From: Thiotrichaceae bacterium
GTDB taxonomy: Bacteria > Pseudomonadota > Gammaproteobacteria > Thiotrichales > Thiotrichaceae
DNA: 31,877 nucleotides
Direction of reading: 5' to 3'
NCBI GenBank assembly: GCA_027008665.1
Contig: JALVEA010000180.1
Location: 1 to 31,877 of the forward strand
In this document: one piece after another, positions 26,599 through 31,877 of the stretch
Numbering within the stretch: the first letter of the stretch is position 1
How the letters are laid out: each line of letters opens with the position of its first letter
Made by a program: the position numbers and the translations under genes
Notes under the pieces: model-generated
Databases searched by the model: none
The model's input: the letters and a program-made list of their open reading frames with translations, nothing else
What the model was told of the DNA's origin: nothing

Positions 26599-27506
26599 TA
26601 GAGCAACATTTTGGAAAAGTGGCGGTTTTAATGGGGGGCTGGGCTGCTGAAAGAGAAGTATCTCTTGATAGTGGGACTGCGGTCCTTGAGGCATTACAAG
26701 TGCAAGATATTGACGCACATGCCGTTGATGCTGATCGAAATATGCTCGAAACGTTAAAAAAAGGGAAATTTGATCGCGTTTTCAATATGATGCATGGTCG
26801 TGGTGGTGAAGATGGAGATATTCAAGGTGCATTGAATATTTTGCAAATCCCTTATACTGGCTGTGGTGTTATGGCATCCGCTATTAGCATGAATAAGCTA
26901 ATGACAAAGCGAGTTTGGTTAGGTGCTAACTTGCCAACGCCTGCTTATGAGGTGTTGACAGCAGATACCGATTTTATAGCCGTTGCTAATGAACTGGGTT
27001 TGCCGATTATAGTTAAACCTGCCAATGAAGGTTCTAGTATTGGCATGACAAAGGTGGAACGAGTAGATGAATTAAAAACAGCCTATGAATATGCCGCTAA
27101 ATATGATTTATTAGTCCTTGCCGAACAATGGGTAAATGGTGATGAGTACACGATTGCCTTATTAGGTGAAGACATATTGCCAGTGATTCGATTAGAGGTA
27201 CAAAGTGATTTTTATGATTATGAAGCGAAATATAAGTCTGATCAGACAAAATATTATTGTCCCTGTGGTTTGGAAGACAAAGAGGAAAAAGAATTACAAG
27301 CATTAGCAAAACTTGCTTTTCAAGCAGTGGCAGTCAATGGCTGGGGGCGTGTTGATGTAATACGTGATCAAAAAGGCAAGTTTTGTTTAATTGAAGTTAA
27401 TGCAGTACCTGGAATGACCGATCATTCTTTAGTGCCAATGGCTGCTAAGGCAGCAGGGATTAGTTTTGAGCAGTTAGTCTTGCGTATTTTAGAGACTTCT
27501 CTTTGA
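26595..27506 (+). CDS. ddl: D-alanine--D-alanine ligase
   Basis: [31 protein letters not shown] (Tyr indicates D-Ala-D-Ala type), EVNAVPGMT. Confidence 0.98.
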   Translation: MIEQHFGKVAVLMGGWAAEREVSLDSGTAVLEALQVQDIDAHAVDADRNMLETLKKGKFDRVFNMMHGRGGEDGDIQGALNILQIPYTGCGVMASAISMNKLMTKRVWLGANLPTPAYEVLTADTDFIAVANELGLPIIVKPANEGSSIGMTKVERVDELKTAYEYAAKYDLLVLAEQWVNGDEYTIALLGEDILPVIRLEVQSDFYDYEAKYKSDQTKYYCPCGLEDKEEKELQALAKLAFQAVAVNGWGRVDVIRDQKGKFCLIEVNAVPGMTDHSLVPMAAKAAGISFEQLVLRILETSL

Positions 27507-27537
27507 TTTTTAAGTTTGTTAATAATAAGGAGGGCTG

Positions 27538-28356
27538 GTGAAAAAAAAGAAAGCACAAGTGACAAGAAGAGGCTTGACTAAAAAGAAAGCACAAGTAACA
27601 AGAAGAGGTTCGGCTAAAAAAAAGATAGTTAAAGGGGGATCTTTAGCTAAAAAGCTCAATCTTCCCAATATAAATTGGAAAGTCATTAGCTTATTATCTT
27701 TGCTTGTTTTTCCCTTTTTAATGGTGACAATGGTACGTCATTGGATAGAAAAACCAGAAAATTTAATGATTAAGTCAGTAGAAATAAAAGGAAATTTAAA
27801 GTATTTAGATAGATTAGAGTTACAACCCATTATTGAACCTTTTGTGAAAACAAATTTGTATTTACTGGATAAAGAAAATTTAGAAAATGAAATAGAGTTT
27901 AATCATTGGGTGTATTCTGCTTCATTGACCAGTATGTGGCCTGATAAGTTAGTGATCAAAATACATGAGCAACAACCCATTGCTTTTTGGGGTAATGAAG
28001 GCATGATTAATGAGTTTGGTGAGGTGATTGATGTGGATTTACCTCAGCAGAGAAATAAATTACCGATGCTATACAGCCCTTTTGATAAAGGACGTGAAAT
28101 GGTAGAAAGTTATGTAAAAATTCGTCAATGGATGAAAAATTTTCCTGTTGATATTGTAAAGTTTACAGAGGATAAACGGGGTTCTTGGTTGTTGACATTA
28201 GCCAATGGCATTAAAGTAAAGGTAGGCCGACAAGAACATGAGCGTCGTTTACGACGTTTTATTGTTGGCTATAGTAATAGATTAGTTGGACAGGTGAAAA
28301 AAATAGATACCGTGGATCTACGGTATACCAATGGTTTTGCTGTAAAATGGATATAG
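27538..28356 (+). CDS. ftsQ: Cell division protein FtsQ with a repeated basic N-terminal tail
   Basis: TM helix, POTRA-like region (WV..A...WPDKL.I...EQ.PIA.W) and DLRY.NGFAV.W; AAGGAGG RBS; GTG start. Confidence 0.95.
   Translation: MKKKKAQVTRRGLTKKKAQVTRRGSAKKKIVKGGSLAKKLNLPNINWKVISLLSLLVFPFLMVTMVRHWIEKPENLMIKSVEIKGNLKYLDRLELQPIIEPFVKTNLYLLDKENLENEIEFNHWVYSASLTSMWPDKLVIKIHEQQPIAFWGNEGMINEFGEVIDVDLPQQRNKLPMLYSPFDKGREMVESYVKIRQWMKNFPVDIVKFTEDKRGSWLLTLANGIKVKVGRQEHERRLRRFIVGYSNRLVGQVKKIDTVDLRYTNGFAVKWI
27544..27615 (+). repeat. 36-bp (12-aa) tandem duplication in the ftsQ 5' end
   Basis: KKKAQVTRRGLT / KKKAQVTRRGSA; 32/36 nt identical. Confidence 0.9.
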
Positions 28357-28411
28357 TTGACGTTGTTTTATAGATATTATTAGCGCTAAAAAAATTAAAG
28401 GAAAGGAAAAA

Positions 28412-29653
28412 ATGTCAGAGAATGAAGATACAGACATGATTGTTGCCCTTGATATTGGAACATCAAAGGTAGTGGCGCTGATTGGAGAAATATCCAGCGA
28501 GGGTCGTTTGGATATTGTTGGGATTGGTAAATACCCTGCGCGAGGAATGAAAAAGGGAGTAGTGGTTAATATCGAGTCAACTATTGAGTCAATCCAACAT
28601 GCGGTAGAAGAAGCTGAATTAATGGCAGGAGTCAATATCAACTCGGTTTATGCTGGTATTGCAGGGAGTCATATTCATAGCCTCAATTCGCACGGTATTG
28701 TAGCGATTAAAGATCGTGAAGTGAGCGAAGCGGATATGGATCGAGTCTTAGATGCAGCAAGAGCAGTAGCAATTCCTGCAGATCAGCGTATTCTACACGT
28801 ATTACCACAAGATTTTGTGATTGATAATCAAGAAGGTATACGTGATCCTGTGGGTATGGCGGGCGTTCGCTTAGAAGCGAGAGTACATCTAGTGACAGGC
28901 GCCCAAAGTGCAGCCCAAAATATCGTTAAATGTGTAGAGCGTTGCGGTCTGGATGTTGATGATATTATTTTAGAACAAGTCGCTTCAAGTTTTGCTGTTT
29001 TGCAAGATGATGAAAAAGAGTTAGGGGTCTGTATGGTCGATATTGGTGGTGGAACCAGCGATATTGCTATCTACCTTAATGGAGCAATTCAGCATACGGC
29101 TGTGATTCCAATAGCAGGTGATCAAGTAACCAATGATATTGCGGTTGCTGTTCGTACTCCCACCCCCTTTGCGGAGAAATTAAAAATAAATCATGGTTAT
29201 GCATTGCGACAATTAGCACCAGAGGATGAAGTGATAGAAGTGCCAGGAGTGGGTGAACGAGAGCCTCGTGGTTTGTCAGCACAGACATTGGCATCTGTTA
29301 TTGAACCACGTTATGAAGAATTGTTTTCACTCATTTTAGCCGAAATCAGACGTAGTGGATTTGAAGATAGAATTGGTGCAGGTATTGTATTAACAGGAGG
29401 CTCCTCAAAAATAAAAGGAGCGGTTGATTTAGCAGAAGAAATATTTCATATGCCCGTGCGGATAGGCATGCCTTGTAATATTGGTGGTTTAAAAGGTGAA
29501 GTGACTAATCCATTGCATTCAACAGGTGTTGGTTTGTTGATATACGGTGTAGGACAACAAGCTCAAGGAGGGCGACGTAGCGCTTATGAATCACGGGTCA
29601 GCAACGAGAATTTATGGGAAAGGTTGAAAAATTGGTTTAATGGAAACTTATAG
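28412..29653 (+). CDS. ftsA: Cell division protein FtsA
   Basis: LDIGTSKV, VDIGGGTSD, GIVLTGG and the C-terminal amphipathic LKNWF. Confidence 0.99.
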   Translation: MSENEDTDMIVALDIGTSKVVALIGEISSEGRLDIVGIGKYPARGMKKGVVVNIESTIESIQHAVEEAELMAGVNINSVYAGIAGSHIHSLNSHGIVAIKDREVSEADMDRVLDAARAVAIPADQRILHVLPQDFVIDNQEGIRDPVGMAGVRLEARVHLVTGAQSAAQNIVKCVERCGLDVDDIILEQVASSFAVLQDDEKELGVCMVDIGGGTSDIAIYLNGAIQHTAVIPIAGDQVTNDIAVAVRTPTPFAEKLKINHGYALRQLAPEDEVIEVPGVGEREPRGLSAQTLASVIEPRYEELFSLILAEIRRSGFEDRIGAGIVLTGGSSKIKGAVDLAEEIFHMPVRIGMPCNIGGLKGEVTNPLHSTGVGLLIYGVGQQAQGGRRSAYESRVSNENLWERLKNWFNGNL

Positions 29654-30032
29654 AAATAAATGATGTGATAAGGATTATAAGGTTTTTTGAATAATCAGAT
29701 AATAGCTTAATAATTAATCTTTAATGCTTTTTGGTATAAAAAACAACCAATATATGAATTTTGCTTAAAAATAGTACAATTGTTTGAAAACATTTCACTA
29801 TTATTAGTTAGTTTTATTTGGTAAATTAATAAAATAAATTTGTGCGTAATTTATCTTTACTATAATTGATATTTTTTCTCAAAAAACCATTAAGAGTAGC
29901 TTGATTATTCACCTTAAAAAAGACCGTTAGTTTTCCCCCTGAAACTAATAGGTAGTAAGAATGCGTGGGTTGATTGTATCGATCATATATTCATGGGATC
30001 GAAAACGTAGAATAATATTTAGGAGAAAAGGC

Positions 30033-31205
30033 ATGTTTGAATTGATAGATACGGAGTCTAAAAACGCCATAATTAAGGTGATAGGCGTCGGTGGTGGTGG
30101 TGGAAATGCAGTACAGAATATGGTTGATTGCGGCATTGAAGGTGTTGAATTTATTTGTGCAAATACAGATGCACAGGCATTAGAAGGTTCTGGTGTCAGC
30201 ACACTATTACAACTCGGTAATTCACTAACAAAAGGATTAGGTGCAGGTGCAGACCCTGGTATTGGTCGTGAAGCGGCATTAGAAGATAGAGAGCGGATTA
30301 AGGAATTAATTACTGGTACTGATATGTTATTTATCACAGCTGGTATGGGTGGTGGCACAGGAACAGGTGCAGCCCCAGTCGTTGCTGAAATGGCAAAGGA
30401 ATTAGGTATTCTTACCGTTGCGGTAGTGACTAAACCATTCCTATTTGAAGGTCCAAAACGGATGTCGGTAGCTGATGCTGGTATTCGTGAATTAGGACAA
30501 TATGTTGATTCCTTAATTACCATTCCGAATGCGAAGTTATTAACTGCACTTGGTAAAAGCGTCACCTTACTCGATGCTTTTAAAGCAGCTAATGATGTTT
30601 TATTAGGTGCTGTACAAGGTATTTCAGAATTAATTACTCGTCCTGGTTTAATTAATGTTGACTTTGCAGATGTACGCACGGTTATGAACGGAATGGGTGT
30701 CTCAATGATGGGACAAGGTTCAGCCTCAGGCGAAGAACGAGCAACCAAGGCAGCACAAGATGCTATTGCTAGCCCACTATTAGATGATGTTAATTTAAAA
30801 GGTGCTCAAGGTATTTTGGTTAATATCACTGCTGGATTGGATATGGGCATTATGGAATTTGAAGAGGTTGGTGCGGCTATTCGTGACTTTGCTTCAGATG
30901 AAGCGATTGTGGTGGTTGGAACGGTTATTGATCCAGAAATGAGTGATGAAATTCGTGTCACCTTAGTGGCTACAGGACTTGATCGTTTAACTGAATTAAA
31001 AGCAGTCCCAACACCACCAGAGGAAAAGAAAAAAGCATCTGTTAGCACTTTACGCCCCGTTGAGCTAGAAAAAGTAGCGGTAGGAGATGGTCGTACACCT
31101 GGTTATAATGATCGCAGTTCTTCAAATACAAGTAGCACGAGTAGTAGTAATGCTGGCGAAAATTATCTTGATATACCTGCTTTTTTGAGAAATCAGGCGG
31201 ATTAA
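30033..31205 (+). CDS. ftsZ: Cell division protein FtsZ
   Basis: The start is best placed at ATG 30033 (AGGAG RBS at 30021; MFELIDTE...), not 29961. [16 protein letters not shown] tubulin signature, INVDFADV and the C-terminal [12 protein letters not shown]. Confidence 0.99.
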   Translation: MFELIDTESKNAIIKVIGVGGGGGNAVQNMVDCGIEGVEFICANTDAQALEGSGVSTLLQLGNSLTKGLGAGADPGIGREAALEDRERIKELITGTDMLFITAGMGGGTGTGAAPVVAEMAKELGILTVAVVTKPFLFEGPKRMSVADAGIRELGQYVDSLITIPNAKLLTALGKSVTLLDAFKAANDVLLGAVQGISELITRPGLINVDFADVRTVMNGMGVSMMGQGSASGEERATKAAQDAIASPLLDDVNLKGAQGILVNITAGLDMGIMEFEEVGAAIRDFASDEAIVVVGTVIDPEMSDEIRVTLVATGLDRLTELKAVPTPPEEKKKASVSTLRPVELEKVAVGDGRTPGYNDRSSSNTSSTSSSNAGENYLDIPAFLRNQAD

Positions 31206-31239
31206 AAAACGCTAAAAAAGTTTAAAATCAAACATGCCA

Positions 31240-31279
31240 AGCCATAACGGGCTAAGACTTAACCCGTTGTGGCTTTTTT
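31240..31279 (+). terminator. Intrinsic terminator ending the dcw operon
   Basis: 12-bp stem AGCCATAACGGG/CCCGTTGTGGCT (one G-T pair), 11-nt loop, followed by a T run. Confidence 0.8.
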
Positions 31280-31320
31280 ATATTTAAAAAATAATAAGGC
31301 TACTTTAAGGAATAAAAGGG

Positions 31321-31877
31321 ATGAAAATTGCAATAGCTGGAACGGGTTATGTAGGTCTTTCAAATGCAGTTTTATTAGCGCAGCATAATGAAGTCATTGC
31401 GTTGGATATTATTGAAGAAAAAATAGCAATGCTAAATGATAAGCAATCACCGATTGTTGATGCTGAAATTGAAGATTTTCTGCAAAATAAAGTACTCGAT
31501 TTTAAAGCAACCTTAAACAAAGAAGAAGCGTATCAAGGGGCTGACTTTATTATTATTGCAACACCTACTGACTATGATACAGAAACTAATTATTTCAATA
31601 CCCGATCAGTCGAATCCGTTATTGATGATGTACTACAAATCAATCCTAATGCTGTCATGATTTTGAAGTCAACCGTTCCTGTAGGTTATACAAAACGTCT
31701 TAAAGAACAACGAGGTATTGATAATATTATTTTCTCACCCGAGTTTTTAAGAGAAGGAAAAGCACTTTATGATAATCTTTATCCATCGCGCATTATTGTG
31801 GGCGAGCAATCAGAGCGAGCGAAACAGTTTGCCCATTTGCTTGAGCAAGGTGCTAATAAAAAAAATATAGATATACT
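31321..31877 (+). CDS. ugd: UDP-glucose 6-dehydrogenase, 5' part; runs off window end
   Basis: Manual translation: [25 protein letters not shown]...IIATPTDYD...KSTVPVGYT...[24 protein letters not shown]. Not in the ORF track because it is truncated. Confidence 0.95.
   Translation, partial: MKIAIAGTGYVGLSNAVLLAQHNEVIALDIIEEKIAMLNDKQSPIVDAEIEDFLQNKVLDFKATLNKEEAYQGADFIIIATPTDYDTETNYFNTRSVESVIDDVLQINPNAVMILKSTVPVGYTKRLKEQRGIDNIIFSPEFLREGKALYDNLYPSRIIVGEQSERAKQFAHLLEQGANKKNIDI

Noticed and set aside
26590-26600. No murB between murC and ddl
   Set aside because: murC-ddl adjacency is the E. coli-type arrangement and is common.
29961-30032. ORF-track 24-aa N-terminal extension of FtsZ
   Set aside because: The AGGAG RBS and the conserved MFEL start point to ATG 30033.
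29945-31048. Long antisense ORFs (267 aa and 80 aa) opposite ftsZ
   Set aside because: These are shadow ORFs produced by the codon bias of a Gly/Ala-rich conserved gene; no RBS or domain is evident.

Overview
AT-rich gammaproteobacterial chromosomal window, mostly core genes; the protein style is loosely Thiotrichales-like (tentative). In order: partial rsmG(-), ABM-family monooxygenase(-), argS(+), queC(-), a 3' tRNA-Gly fragment, an acidic repeat protein, rluE(-), dciA-like, a stand-alone Hpt protein, a secreted hypothetical protein, mfd(-), minCDE, a DUF4214/CAP surface protein, rnpB, the dcw cluster (rsmH-ftsL-ftsI-murE-murF-mraY-murD-ftsW-murG-murC-ddl-ftsQ-ftsA-ftsZ), and the 5' part of ugd. 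I found no CRISPR array, integrase, transposase or defence system, and I cannot claim a clearly new multi-gene system. The strongest observations concern a remodelled division locus. There is a decayed, frameshifted mraZ remnant missed by the ORF track, just downstream of a sigma70 promoter overlapped by a perfect inverted repeat. FtsW and FtsQ both carry long polybasic cytoplasmic tails, ftsA and ftsZ are separated by a 379-bp spacer, ugd replaces lpxC after ftsZ, and minCDE sits close upstream of dcw. Separately, an att-like tRNA-Gly scar lies next to an acidic PsiF-like Cys-x20-Cys repeat protein, and REP-like palindromes occur in the first 2.7 kb. All alignments were done by eye against remembered family motifs; no database searches were run.
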